The notes below the pieces were generated by a model that worked only from the letters and a program-made list of their open reading frames with translations, had not been told where the DNA came from and did not search any database. This document shows positions 1 through 11,448 of a stretch of 64,000 nucleotides of DNA, one piece after another. The DNA comes from Marsupella aquatica (taxonomy: Eukaryota > Plantae > Marchantiophyta), in the NCBI GenBank assembly GCA_973895155.1, contig OZ316894.1, forward strand, positions 434,001 through 498,000, written 5' to 3'. The position numbers and the translations under genes were made by a program. Positions within the stretch are counted from its first letter, which is position 1. Each line of letters opens with the position of its first letter.

Positions 1-2
1 GT

Positions 3-1847
3 CAGGGAGAAGTAGAGTACTTTTTAGGAGATGCCGCTGATAGTGTTTTCGGCATCAGTGAGACTGGAGCACGAGACCTATCCAACAGACCTGCATCTCT
101 ATGGTCAGGGTTAAGGAACAATCCAGGAGAGATGTATCCTCGGATTATTCAGAACCCGTCAGTACCTCCTAGGCCGAATGTGCAAAGATTTGCGGCGTGC
201 TATAATTGTGGTCAACCTGGCCATTTTGCTAGAGAATGCCCGAATGCACGCAAACAGGGTGATGGACAACCAGCTCAGCTATGTATGGGATGCCGACAGG
301 AAGGTCATATGCTAGGGCAATGTCCTACTTGGTTGGCAGGCCTGGCCGCAAATCATAAGCTTTTGCCGATCAAGATCTTACCGCCAGGTACTACCCCCGG
401 AGGAGTTCAAATCAACCACATCGAACTAGGATGGCAAGAGGATGCCGAGGCAGAGTTCGTACCATCTGATGATGAGGCCGAAGCCCTATCAACCTTCTCA
501 GAGGAGGATTTAGATCATGATTGCTGCCGGGTCTCTACTCGATCTACCAGAAGGAAGGAAAGGTGGGATGGGCTGGCCAAAAATAAAGGGAAGGTTACGG
601 AGGAAAGGATCGACTCTTCGTCAACATCAACAGAAGGAGAAGGGAGGGCTCCGGCAATACAGGTAAGCCATGAGCCCACCAGTGAAACCAATCCTTCACA
701 AGATAGCGACTTCAATCGAGATCATCCTAAGTTGTTCTACCCCTCTGTTACGGCTAGTGTTAAGGAACAACTAAGAGAATTAGAAACCCTGGAGAATACC
801 GAAGCCATTGCCAAGGATGTAAAACGAGCAAAAGCATTGTTTGCTTCGGAAGACCCAACAGCTGTGGAGACTAGCGTGGCAAAACTGGCCGAATCCAAGA
901 CGGAAACACCACCAGAGGAGAAGCCGATTGTTCCCTATGACCTGGCTAAAGATGTACTAGAATCTAGAGTCTCGGCAACAGTAGGTCAACTATTGAAAAA
1001 TAGCCCGTACTTCCGGAAGCAATTAAGGAAGGCTATTCTCGGCAAGCCGAGGTTACCCAAGGTAGCAACCAGATCCGACGTACTAATGATAGAAGAAGAT
1101 CAAGGAGCCCCAACATTACCCTTAATGATTCAAGGAGAATTATTACTACGGGTACCCATCAATGGAGGATCAGGGGTATGTATTATGATTGATTCAACAG
1201 CAAAAGGGTGGGGTCTAACACCGGAGATGACTGGAAGAGTGTTGAACATGGCCAATGGATATCAGGTCATTCCCACGGGAGTGTTAACCGGCATCAAGAC
1301 AGAGATAGGAGGTATCTTCTTTAGCATTAACTATGTAGTAATGAAGCCGGTAAATCCTACGTCATTCCGGCTATTGATTGGTAGGCCATGGCTGTACCTA
1401 GCCGAGGTAATAGAAGATTGGGGTAAAAAGCAGTTCACTTTCGGGACCCCCTCTATCACGGTATCCTGGGACACTAAGGATGACCGTAGGAAAAGCATAA
1501 GGGAAGTAGATGGGTACGACAGTGGACTGGAGTCAGCCGATGAAGTACGTTGGTTAGAATGCCTCACTAACCTAACCGAAGAAGGTGTCTTTGGACCAGA
1601 GGTACCCCCCAGCGGATTATGGCAAGAACCAATGGAAGGTGACTTGGAAGAAGAAGACGAAGAGGTCGAGGACTGCTTTACAATAGAATCCACCTTTTTA
1701 GCTGCAATTCCGGAGGAAGTAAAGGATGTAGACCAATTGGATGAAACGGCTAAGTGGGGAGCAGTAGCAGGGACAGTGGATTTTCTGCAGGCGTTGTGGC
1801 AGAGCCGGCAGGGTTCACAACGCCATCGATCATCGGCAAGGAATTAA
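3..1847 (+). CDS. gag: Gag C-terminus (two CCHC zinc knuckles) plus aspartic protease; frame is open from the window edge
   Basis: CYNCGQPGHFAREC and CMGCRQEGHMLGQC; protease motif INGGSG (catalytic D appears mutated to N) and LLIGRPWL. Confidence 0.85.
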   Translation, partial: QGEVEYFLGDAADSVFGISETGARDLSNRPASLWSGLRNNPGEMYPRIIQNPSVPPRPNVQRFAACYNCGQPGHFARECPNARKQGDGQPAQLCMGCRQEGHMLGQCPTWLAGLAANHKLLPIKILPPGTTPGGVQINHIELGWQEDAEAEFVPSDDEAEALSTFSEEDLDHDCCRVSTRSTRRKERWDGLAKNKGKVTEERIDSSSTSTEGEGRAPAIQVSHEPTSETNPSQDSDFNRDHPKLFYPSVTASVKEQLRELETLENTEAIAKDVKRAKALFASEDPTAVETSVAKLAESKTETPPEEKPIVPYDLAKDVLESRVSATVGQLLKNSPYFRKQLRKAILGKPRLPKVATRSDVLMIEEDQGAPTLPLMIQGELLLRVPINGGSGVCIMIDSTAKGWGLTPEMTGRVLNMANGYQVIPTGVLTGIKTEIGGIFFSINYVVMKPVNPTSFRLLIGRPWLYLAEVIEDWGKKQFTFGTPSITVSWDTKDDRRKSIREVDGYDSGLESADEVRWLECLTNLTEEGVFGPEVPPSGLWQEPMEGDLEEEDEEVEDCFTIESTFLAAIPEEVKDVDQLDETAKWGAVAGTVDFLQALWQSRQGSQRHRSSARN

Positions 1848-3197
1848 ATACCAAGGGATCGGCATACAAGCCGATTACGAGGGCAGAACAAATTGAGGCC
1901 CTATTAGAAGCCGAGAGAGCACATCGGCCTAACTCTCAGGAGCAAGAGGTGGATGAGATGGACAGACACGATCCAGAGCCAAGGCAGGAAGGGGAGCCGA
2001 CCACCAATTCAAAACCGAATAGACCGGCAAGGGGACAATCTATGGACACCAAGGAAGGGACCGACTCGGCTAGTCCAGCCGAGATTCCAGTTTATGGAGG
2101 CATGAGATTAGAGAGACTAGAAGCCGAACTGGACCCGAATTTGAAGAAGCAGATTAATATGATCCAAGCACGGCAATATCGGAAGCTCGACTTAGGAGAG
2201 GGAAGAGAACTGAACTTAGGGAGAAACCTAGCACCTGAGCTCGAGAAAGAGATCAGTGACTTATTGATTGAATTTCAGGATGTGTTTGCATGGAGTCACC
2301 AAGATCTAAAGGGAGTAGATCCAACACTAGGGGAACATCGAATTGATCTCATGTTAGGAGCCAAATCATTTCGACAACCAATTCGAAGGATGAACCCGAA
2401 ATATTCCCTGCTGGTCAAAACAGAAATCGACAAACTAGTGGAAGCTGGATTCATCACTCCAGTCCTGCATTCAGACTGGGTGTCTCCAATTGTGATAGTT
2501 CCCAAGAAAGCTGGACCCGATGGTAAACCCAAGATCCGGGTTTGTCAGGATTACAGGAAGCTGAATGAAGCAACATTAAAAGACCATTTTCCTTTACCGT
2601 TTACTGATATGGTACTAGACATGGTAGCCAGTCATGAACTATATTCATTCATGGATGGATACTCTGGTTATAACCAAATCAGGATTCGGCAGGAAGACCA
2701 AATCAAGACGGCCTTCATCACGGAATGGGGAATCTATGTCTTCAATCGTATGCCGTTTGGACTCTGCAACGCACCAGCTATGTTTCAACGATTAATGGTG
2801 AACATTTTTCATGATTACTTGAGAAAGTTCATGGAAATCCTCATTGACGACTTTGCAGTATTCGGGAAGGCATCGAAACATGCTAAATACCTCAGGAAAA
2901 CCTTCATGAGATGTAGAGAGGTGGGTCTCAAGTTACACCCAGATAAATGTTTCTTTGCAGTAACCGAGGGGGTGCTACTAGGTCACAAGGTATCAAGGAA
3001 GGGCATTGAGATTGACAAAGGTAAGCTAGCAGTATGGCTAGATATCATGCAACCTAAGAACATAAAGGATGTAAGATCCTTCTTGGGATGCATTGGTTAC
3101 TATCGCCGGTTCATCAAGGATTTTGCCAAGCTAGCTTTACCATTAACCAACATGCTCAAGGCAGGAGCAGACTTCGAACCCACACCCGAACGAGTCA
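1754..3197 (+). CDS. pol: Pol part 1: reverse transcriptase, in the -1 frame relative to gag-PR; interrupted at 3197
   Basis: WVSPIVIVPKK, CQDYRKLN, DGYSGYNQI, MPFGLCNAPAMFQR, IDDF motifs. Confidence 0.92.
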
Positions 3198-3304
3198 TGT
3201 AGATAGGCAGTAATTCCAAAGTCATGAAGAAAACCGGAAAATTTTTAAATTTTTGAAGTAGTTAAACTATATTTGCTGATAACTCGAGTAAACTAAACCC
3301 TGCC

Positions 3305-3490
3305 GAAGATTAAGAGTTTAAGAGTTGAAGAGTTGAAGTGTTTAAGAGTTTACGGGTTTACGAGTAAACCCTACTTTAATAGTTTAAGAGTTTAAGAGTT
3401 GAAGAGTTGAAGTGTTTAATAGTTTAAGAGTTTAAAGGTTTACGAGTAAACCCTACTTTAAGACTTTACGACTTTAAGAGTTACGACTTG
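3305..3490 (+). repeat. Degenerate 9-bp tandem repeats (AAGAGTTTA/AAGAGTTGA) with a larger ~80-bp duplication
   Basis: Repeated ttaagagttt/gaagagttg; same motif recurs at ~12183-12248. Confidence 0.75.
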
Positions 3491-3685
3491 CGAACTGGCG
3501 AGCCCCGCGATTGTGACAGGCTACGGCTAACTCCAACGGGACTTTGCAACAAAACGAGGAGCAGGCCTTGAAGGGGGAGGAATCCAGAACATAGGCGCTC
3601 ACTCCTGACTTCTTTTCCGCTGCATCTTTCATCGCTCTCGACTCCAAACAATTCTTCGCGTAGCTCAGTGAGCAGAATTTGAGCT

Positions 3686-6100
3686 ATGGCTGACTTGAAC
3701 GCTGATGCACAGTATCGTGTTCAAACTCTGGCAATTCCTAAGAGTGTGGTCGCTCGAATTCCTTTGGCGCCCGACAGTTGTGAAAATTTGAGAACATCGT
3801 TACAGCAGCTCGGATTGGAACATCTACTCGCAATCCCTTGGAATGTGGAGCTCGACTCTTATTTACAGGATTTTGTGAGAGGATCACTGATTGCCCCTGA
3901 ATTTCGACAAACCATTCGAGCTCGGCCAAGTTTATGGACAGTTGAGCAAGTAGCTCATGCCTTCCGCTGCCCCTTAGATGGAGAAGGATTATATTCAAAG
4001 AAAAAAGATTTGTCCACTCCTTACTTTTCAGGGATTCGCCATCCTACCAATGGCTGGAATGTGACACAATGTACCTATCCGGATTTGAGGATTCTTTTAG
4101 AATTTCTAGTGCCCATTCTCCATCCGAAGAGACCAACTATCTGCCCTGTGGCATTGGCGAATACTATCGTAGCTTCTCACAGTGGAGCTATCCAAGTAAA
4201 TTGGGCGTTGTTACTTTTCAATGTGATGCACGATCAGGTGAGAAGTATGAAGGCAGGCAGACCTACTTGTCTACAAGTCTATCTATCTCAGCTGTATCAA
4301 GCACATGACTGTTTACATCCGGAGGAGAAAACAGAAAGGGGATTACTTCTGATCGAGTTGGACATTGAGGAAGAAATTAGTGTAGCAGAATCAGAACAGG
4401 ACATTCTGCTGAATTCCACTGATCAGGATGTTAATATGGACATCGATGTTAATATGGAGGATGTCTCGATAGGTGGTTCGGAATTTCCCCCTGAACACAA
4501 CATGGAGGTCATTTTATACTCTCCAAGAGAAATCAGTGGAGCAGATCAACTTGAAGCTGAAGGAGACGAGATTTTTCCTGAGCAACAAGAAGTCGTTGTT
4601 GAACCAACTATTACTGCCATACGAGGAGTCACCATGCCCCCTTTTTCGAAAGCAGAGTCAAATCAGCAGCTTATTGATAAGTTAATCTCTCTCTTCGGTT
4701 GCAGTGATGTTGAACTCTACGATGTTGTCTGTGATTTGAGATCCGAGGCAGTTAGCTTATCCTCTCCATTTCCAGATCAGCTAACCCCTGTCAGGACCGC
4801 TTCTCCCATTGAGAGGTCAGCACCAGAAGAATTTGTTGCTCTCACTCCTACTGTCCCACAGAATCTACCTCCAGAGCCAAGTGAACCTGTCTCAAGGATA
4901 GGAAACACAAGTTGTGTTGCAATTGTAACTGACCTACTGGAATTGCTTCAGTGTGAACCTGAGAAGATAATCTCTGTGGTTAGTGACTTAATTCCGAAGT
5001 ACACAGAATTCAAAGGCCCTTCCAACCCGGGTGACTGCATTTATAGTCCAGATTCCAATTATGAGCCAACCGAGGGACCTATTTATACCCAACCACAGTA
5101 TGAACATCCTTCTGTTAGACAGGATCTTCCTGAGGATTCTGATCCACCCTCTGATTTTGATTCCATCCGATCTTATGACAACTCTGTCGAGTCGTCACCA
5201 AGGCAAGGATTTGAGGATGTTGACACTACCTTAAGATCTGATCCAAATTTAGTGGCAGTTGTCACCTCCTCTACTCAAACACCCCGGTATTCTGTCATTG
5301 AGAAAAGATATACACGACATCCAGAGTCTCAAGTGCAGAGGTACGTGGAGACTTGTAAGATAATGCAGGCCAACAGACCCCCAATTGGAGAGTTTTGGAG
5401 ATACTACTACCTTAAGAAGACTGAGGCCAGTTACATATTTGACCTCAGAAGTTTCGGAACTTCAAGAGTGGAGATGGCTCAATTTGATGAGTTCTGGACT
5501 GACTCAATCTACTTCCGACCCATCCTTGCTATGATGCTACTTCAAGGGGATGTAGAAGTAGAAGATCCAGATTTGGTTTTGGCCTATTTCGGGAATTTTG
5601 CAGCTTACGCTCTGGACTTTGTGATTTCTTTTCTCATGCAGAGTAAGAAATCCACTTCTCACCAGAACTCTTACATTCCACGAGAGCCGAAGGTTGTCCT
5701 TGTTTCCACCAGTTCCCTAGCTGAGAAACAGAGGATCTGGAATAATGTCACTACTCAGACCCTGGCTCATTTCAACCGATATTTTAAAGATGTCAGATGG
5801 AGACTTCGACCCTTCTATTCCAGGATGATGAATAGTGATGAGTTTCTGCATCACTATCCCCAAGTATATGCTGCCACCTGCAACAACTATGATGTACTAG
5901 GGATATACAGAGAAGCTCTTCGTATAGATTCCTGTTATTTGATGAAGCGAATGCCTTTGATGTATCCTGAGAGACAACTAAGGTGCCTACCCTACTCTCG
6001 AGGATCACCACGTCAGACTGAGCTGATGGAGGTAACACAGAATCGGACTGTCACCTACGTGGAGCTGCTCGAATCCGATGATATTCGACAACAAGCTTGA
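3686..6100 (+). CDS. 804-aa accessory protein of cassette D; N-terminal plant-retrotransposon accessory-type domain, acidic/Pro-rich linker, unknown C-terminal domain
   Basis: Uninterrupted ORF; LGLEHLLAIPW...DFVRG...VAHAFRCP resembles the A and B ORFs. Confidence 0.75.
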   Translation: MADLNADAQYRVQTLAIPKSVVARIPLAPDSCENLRTSLQQLGLEHLLAIPWNVELDSYLQDFVRGSLIAPEFRQTIRARPSLWTVEQVAHAFRCPLDGEGLYSKKKDLSTPYFSGIRHPTNGWNVTQCTYPDLRILLEFLVPILHPKRPTICPVALANTIVASHSGAIQVNWALLLFNVMHDQVRSMKAGRPTCLQVYLSQLYQAHDCLHPEEKTERGLLLIELDIEEEISVAESEQDILLNSTDQDVNMDIDVNMEDVSIGGSEFPPEHNMEVILYSPREISGADQLEAEGDEIFPEQQEVVVEPTITAIRGVTMPPFSKAESNQQLIDKLISLFGCSDVELYDVVCDLRSEAVSLSSPFPDQLTPVRTASPIERSAPEEFVALTPTVPQNLPPEPSEPVSRIGNTSCVAIVTDLLELLQCEPEKIISVVSDLIPKYTEFKGPSNPGDCIYSPDSNYEPTEGPIYTQPQYEHPSVRQDLPEDSDPPSDFDSIRSYDNSVESSPRQGFEDVDTTLRSDPNLVAVVTSSTQTPRYSVIEKRYTRHPESQVQRYVETCKIMQANRPPIGEFWRYYYLKKTEASYIFDLRSFGTSRVEMAQFDEFWTDSIYFRPILAMMLLQGDVEVEDPDLVLAYFGNFAAYALDFVISFLMQSKKSTSHQNSYIPREPKVVLVSTSSLAEKQRIWNNVTTQTLAHFNRYFKDVRWRLRPFYSRMMNSDEFLHHYPQVYAATCNNYDVLGIYREALRIDSCYLMKRMPLMYPERQLRCLPYSRGSPRQTELMEVTQNRTVTYVELLESDDIRQQA

Positions 6101-6281
6101 AGGAGACTATCTTTTTAGCTAGTATTGAAAAGTATAGTACTTTTACCAATTTTTCTAAATGTGTTGTAGAGCTTTAAAAGCTATGAGACTTCTTTAGGCT
6201 GTAGTCTGTACCTAGGAAACCCTACTGGAAAAATTTCAGAGTTTTCCGAACCAGGAGTAGAAAGTTAAAAATAGTTGAATC

Positions 6282-6478
6282 TGTTGTAAACCCTAGTTTA
6301 CCCCTTAACCATAGGGCGAGAACCCTTAACCATAGTATGAGAACTCCTAACCATAGGACCAGTATAAGGGCATTTGCCTACCATGTAACCAAGGGGATAT
6401 ATATATCCCCTCATCAATAGTAATGGATCTATCTTGTTGGAGTATCTTTGAGTGTTCCTTTAGTTGTCTATTACAACA
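6282..6478 (+). repeat. 5' LTR of copia
   Basis: TGTTGTAA...TTACAACA; matches 11957-12153. Confidence 0.95.
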
Positions 6479-6492
6479 CGTTATCAGCACGA
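6479..6492 (+). promoter_or_regulatory. Primer binding site complementary to the anticodon arm of tRNA-Ile (half-molecule priming)
   Basis: CGTTATCAGCACGA directly after the LTR; complementary to UCGUGCU-IAU-AACG; this PBS type is described for the Bianca lineage. Confidence 0.75.
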
Positions 6493-6837
6493 GCCAGTCT
6501 CTAAAAATCATTTTTTTTCAAGCAGATGCAATCGAGTTTTACACGAGGAGAATGCTCGTAAAGTGGCATTTTTTTTAGAAACTGCCATAACCGTTTTTTT
6601 TCTTGGTCTCCATTCTTTTGCCTCAGAGTTGAATTTTTTTTACAAAACACGAAATTTCACATAGAGCATCAATTCGGGACCAGCATATCGAGAGTCCAAA
6701 GGACTAATACTTTATTGGCATGATTGAAAGCTCCCTCAGCTCCATATACAAGCTTCCAACCGGTCAATTGTACAATCGAGATACTTCACTCGATTCAATC
6801 TTCACCAAAGTTCTTAAACCAACTGACATCCCGAATA

Positions 6838-9800
6838 ATGAATACAGTCGAAAAATTATTATGGCCAGCACTTAAAGTCGACGGATCCAACTATTTGACG
6901 TGGATCACAGATGTCGAAACTTACTTTACATCACAAGACCTTGAAGACACCTTAGATATCGACATCGATGTCACGCTCAAACAAAAGGCTAAGGCAGCGT
7001 TTCTACTCAGGCAACATCTAACCCCTCAACTAAAGAATGAGTATATGAACGAAATTAATCCAAGAAAACTATGGGATCTCCTCAAAGCCCGATTTGATCA
7101 TATGAGGGAGATATGGCTCCCAGAGGCAAGAAGGGATTGGCATAACCTGCGCGTCATGGACCACACCACAATTGCCAATTACAATAGCGCACTGTGCAGA
7201 ATTACATCTCAATTAGAAATGTGTGGACATCCAATAAATGACATAGATAGAATCGATAAGACACTATCGACATTCCCTGAATCTAATATCACATTAGGTA
7301 CACAATATAGGAACATGCGTTTCACTAAGTACTCAGATCTGATTGCTCACTTACTTGTGGAAGAGAAGCAACAGATCGTGGCCTTGCAAAACGCCAGAAA
7401 GCGCCCAGCAGGATCAGACCCCCCACCACATCGACCTGAAACCCACTACACCAATTATGAAGACAAACAACGAGGAAATTACCGGGGCGGACGAACTCAA
7501 TTCAGAGGCGGAAGAAACCAATTCAGGGGCGGGAGAAATCAATTCAGAGGACAAGGCAAACCTTATAACCGACCCTCCGGATCCAATAACACGTGGCGCA
7601 GAGGCACCATGAATAATAGAGGAAGAGGACGAAGCAACCAATACGACACTGCAAACAATTCCCAGAAAATGTGTTACCGATGTGGCAAAATTGGCCACAT
7701 TAGAAACGCATGTGCAGCCACAGCACAAGAGGCCCACAGATACATAAACGACAGAAATAAGTCCAGACAAAACCCCCAAGGACATTATATGGAGATAGAA
7801 GAAGAATTGATTGCCTCTCAGAGAGAAGAAACACAAGAACAGATAGAAGTACATACCTCTCTTACTGACTGGAAATACCCGACATTAGACGACCCCGATA
7901 CGGGCATCATCGACAGCGGAACCTCACATACTATCTTAAAACACAGCAAGTATTTCGAGGCCATCACCCCATCATCCCGCGCTATCACCACCATAGCAGG
8001 ACTTAATCATATAGAAGAAGGCAAAGGACGAGCCACATTTATACTACCAGGAGGAACTAAAATCACCGTGAAGTCAGCAATTTATGCCCCGAAAGCAACC
8101 CGAAACCTCATCAGCTTCCAGGATATCAGATCCAATAACCTCCAACTGCGCACGAATACTCAGGGCAAAACAGAGACATTACAGATCATACAAGACATAC
8201 AGGGTAAGCCATCCATTAGAGAAACATTTGCATTGATCCCCCCAGGCCTATACGCAACCAGTATCCAAACATTCCATATACACCAAGAATCAGAGGATAT
8301 GACATACATCTGGCACTGTCGACTGGGCCACCCGGGTACCACTATGTACAACAGGATTATAAGGGACTCCAAAGGAATCCCCAAGACAGTCAAGCCAAAG
8401 GTAAAAACAGCCTGCATAGCGTGCTCACAAGGAAAAATGACCATACGACCATCAATACCAAAAACAATATTTTCAATACCACAGTTCCTAGAGCAGATCA
8501 ATGCAGATATCTGCGGACCTATAGACCCCCCGAGCGGCCCTTTCAAATATTTCCTGGTAATCATCGACTCATCAACTAAATGGCTGCAGATTTCATTGCT
8601 ATCTACCCGCAACTTGGCATTTGCGCGGATCTTAGCACATATTCTTAAATTAAGAGCACAGTTCCCAGAGTATCCTACAAGAAGATTAAGAGTAGATGGA
8701 GCTGGCGAGTTCACATCAAGAACATTCGACGACTTTTGCTGGGCAGCGGGCATCGATACTCAATATCCAGTTCCCCACGTTCATTTTCAGAACGGTATAG
8801 CTGAGTCGGTTATTAAGAGACTTCAAATGGTGGCAAGACCACTGTTAATGAAGTCAAACTTACCCACATCAGCATGGGGACATGCCATCCTTCACGCAGC
8901 TGCACTAATCCAATATAGACCGTCAGCATATAACTCTAAGACACCATACCACCTGGCGTTCGGCATACCACCGGACCTGTCCCACCTACGCATTTTCGGA
9001 TGCCAGGTAATGGTGCCTACCTTAGGACCAAAGAGAACAAAACTCGGACCCCAACGGAATGCAGGTATCTATGTTGGGTTTGACTCTACTTCGATCATTA
9101 GATACCTTGAACCGACTACGGCAGACCTGTTCAAGGCAAGACATCAGGACTGCCATTTTTATGAAGATCAATTCCCACAGCTCACGAATACAGCATCAAC
9201 ACAATCCAAGGACACAACGAAAATGCCCATAAATTGGAAAGCAGACCAAAACAGAAATGACCCCAGAACCAAGCAGGCAGACGAAGAAGTCAGAAGACTT
9301 CTCCACCTACATGAAATGCTCGAAAAGATTCCAGACTCATTTAACGACGCTGCAAATGTCACAAGATCCCACAACTTAGCAGCTAATGCGCCATCGCGAG
9401 TACAAACCTCCTCGACACCGGCCAATGTAACAGCCCCCAGAGCAAAGCGAGGCAGACCACCAGGGATCAAGGACTCCCAGCCTCGCCAACATAACACTCC
9501 AGCAGCAAACTTGGGTACACCCGCGCTGGAACCAGCGATCACACTTAACGTGACAGCGATAAATCAAAACGACCCACTGAGCGAAGAAAACGAGGAAATG
9601 TCAATCACATACATGCAAACAGGTAACATATATAAACGACCGACAACCCAAATTGATGAACAATTTGCCTATAACGTAATACAGGAAATCACCAACGATA
9701 TTCCTGATCCGCTCACTATAAACGAGGCAAAGAAACAACCAGATTGGCCAAAGTGGCAAGCAGCAATACATACCGAGATGGACGCCCTCATCAAGCGACA

Positions 9801-11448
9801 AGTATTCGGACCATTTAAAATGGCATTACCAGGTACACATTACACCGACTCTCGATTTACATTCTTGAAAAAACGAAATGAGAAAGGCATAGTAGTAAGA
9901 TATCGAGCCCGGCTAGTAGCCAAAGGCTACACACAAATCCCGGGCAGGGACTACGATTTAACATACTCACCAGTAATGGACGCTACTACATATCGCTATC
10001 TCACAGCACATTCAGTCCACCATAAACTGGTTAATAACCTTATGGACGTGGTAACCGCGTACCTTTACGGCACACTCGATACTGAGATATACATGACTGC
10101 CCCCCCGGAACTGATAGAGAGGGTCAAGCAGCACATTCAGGGGGAGACGTCCCAGAACCTGAATACAGAGATTAAAAAGGGCATCAGCCAAATAATACCT
10201 GATGGGGATACAAAGGCCCTCTTGATGCAAAGTGGAAATACACAGGCAATGCATACCAGAGGAAAGAAATTAACAACAAAACTTACAGTCCAAGTGTTAC
10301 GTTCCATCAACGGACTTAAACAGAGCGGCAGAATCTGGTATCAGAAATTCCAGACAGAGATGCTCGCCCTCGGATTTACAAATAGCGGACTGGCCCCCTG
10401 CATCTTCATCAAAAAGCATATGGACGAAGTCCTGATACTAGCACTGTACGTGGACGATGTGAACTTATTCGGGACTAAACAGATGATGAAAGACACAATA
10501 CATACACTGAAAGGAGTCTTCGAGATGAAGGACCTTGGAAGACCCAACCACTGCCTAGGCCTGCAGATCGAACACTTAGAAACAGGCATATTCCTTTACC
10601 AATCGACATACACGCAGAAGATACTTCATCAATTCAACATGCAGAAATCCTACCCTGTCTCCACCCCGATGGAACTCAGATCTCTAGACCCGATCAAAGA
10701 TATGTTTCGGAAGCGCCAAGAAGACGAACCCATACTGGGATCAGAAAAACCGTACCTATCAGCGGTGGGCGCCCTTATGTATCTAGCGAACCAGACGAGA
10801 CCTGACATATCGTTCGCCGTCAGTCTCTTAGCGAGACACAGCGCACAGCCCACCATCAGGCATTGGAACGGCATCAAGAGGATCATGAGATACCTACAAG
10901 GGACGATCGACCTTGGACTATTCTTTCCTAAGAATAGCCCCGATACGCTTACCGGTTACACTGATGCCGGCTACCTGTCGGACCCCCAGGACTCCAAATC
11001 ACAGACTGGGTACGTGTTCTTACAGGGGACGACAGCAATATCTTGGCGAAGTTCAAAGCAAACGATGACCACAACGTCATCCAACCACTCGGAAATCATA
11101 GCGTTATACGAGGCGTGCAGAGAAGCTGTATGGCTACGAAGCATTATCAATCATATTAGGTCCAGCACCGGTAAACCACAGATAACAGAGCCAACCACAA
11201 TCTACGAAGACAATAAGGCGTGTATCGACCAGATAACCAACGGAATCCTGAAGACCGAGAGGACCAAGCATATTGACCCCAAGTATTTCTTCACGCAAGA
11301 ACAACAAGGGAAAAGTATCAATGTTGCATGGATCAAATCTCAGGACAATCGAGCAGACATGTTTACGAAACCACTACCAGCCGGATTGCACAGAGCGCAC
11401 CTCGAAGGTATAGGCATGAGCAGATTGTCCACGATCAAGCCCACCTAA
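6838..11448 (+). CDS. gag-pol: Copia Gag-Pol polyprotein (gag, CCHC, PR, IN, RT, RNase H), single intact frame
   Basis: CYRCGKIGHIRNAC, IDSGTSHT, WHCRLGH...CIAC, ADICGP/RVDGAGEF/NGIAE, RLVAKGY, YVDD, YTDAG; first ATG at 6838. Confidence 0.95.
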   Translation: MNTVEKLLWPALKVDGSNYLTWITDVETYFTSQDLEDTLDIDIDVTLKQKAKAAFLLRQHLTPQLKNEYMNEINPRKLWDLLKARFDHMREIWLPEARRDWHNLRVMDHTTIANYNSALCRITSQLEMCGHPINDIDRIDKTLSTFPESNITLGTQYRNMRFTKYSDLIAHLLVEEKQQIVALQNARKRPAGSDPPPHRPETHYTNYEDKQRGNYRGGRTQFRGGRNQFRGGRNQFRGQGKPYNRPSGSNNTWRRGTMNNRGRGRSNQYDTANNSQKMCYRCGKIGHIRNACAATAQEAHRYINDRNKSRQNPQGHYMEIEEELIASQREETQEQIEVHTSLTDWKYPTLDDPDTGIIDSGTSHTILKHSKYFEAITPSSRAITTIAGLNHIEEGKGRATFILPGGTKITVKSAIYAPKATRNLISFQDIRSNNLQLRTNTQGKTETLQIIQDIQGKPSIRETFALIPPGLYATSIQTFHIHQESEDMTYIWHCRLGHPGTTMYNRIIRDSKGIPKTVKPKVKTACIACSQGKMTIRPSIPKTIFSIPQFLEQINADICGPIDPPSGPFKYFLVIIDSSTKWLQISLLSTRNLAFARILAHILKLRAQFPEYPTRRLRVDGAGEFTSRTFDDFCWAAGIDTQYPVPHVHFQNGIAESVIKRLQMVARPLLMKSNLPTSAWGHAILHAAALIQYRPSAYNSKTPYHLAFGIPPDLSHLRIFGCQVMVPTLGPKRTKLGPQRNAGIYVGFDSTSIIRYLEPTTADLFKARHQDCHFYEDQFPQLTNTASTQSKDTTKMPINWKADQNRNDPRTKQADEEVRRLLHLHEMLEKIPDSFNDAANVTRSHNLAANAPSRVQTSSTPANVTAPRAKRGRPPGIKDSQPRQHNTPAANLGTPALEPAITLNVTAINQNDPLSEENEEMSITYMQTGNIYKRPTTQIDEQFAYNVIQEITNDIPDPLTINEAKKQPDWPKWQAAIHTEMDALIKRQVFGPFKMALPGTHYTDSRFTFLKKRNEKGIVVRYRARLVAKGYTQIPGRDYDLTYSPVMDATTYRYLTAHSVHHKLVNNLMDVVTAYLYGTLDTEIYMTAPPELIERVKQHIQGETSQNLNTEIKKGISQIIPDGDTKALLMQSGNTQAMHTRGKKLTTKLTVQVLRSINGLKQSGRIWYQKFQTEMLALGFTNSGLAPCIFIKKHMDEVLILALYVDDVNLFGTKQMMKDTIHTLKGVFEMKDLGRPNHCLGLQIEHLETGIFLYQSTYTQKILHQFNMQKSYPVSTPMELRSLDPIKDMFRKRQEDEPILGSEKPYLSAVGALMYLANQTRPDISFAVSLLARHSAQPTIRHWNGIKRIMRYLQGTIDLGLFFPKNSPDTLTGYTDAGYLSDPQDSKSQTGYVFLQGTTAISWRSSKQTMTTTSSNHSEIIALYEACREAVWLRSIINHIRSSTGKPQITEPTTIYEDNKACIDQITNGILKTERTKHIDPKYFFTQEQQGKSINVAWIKSQDNRADMFTKPLPAGLHRAHLEGIGMSRLSTIKPT

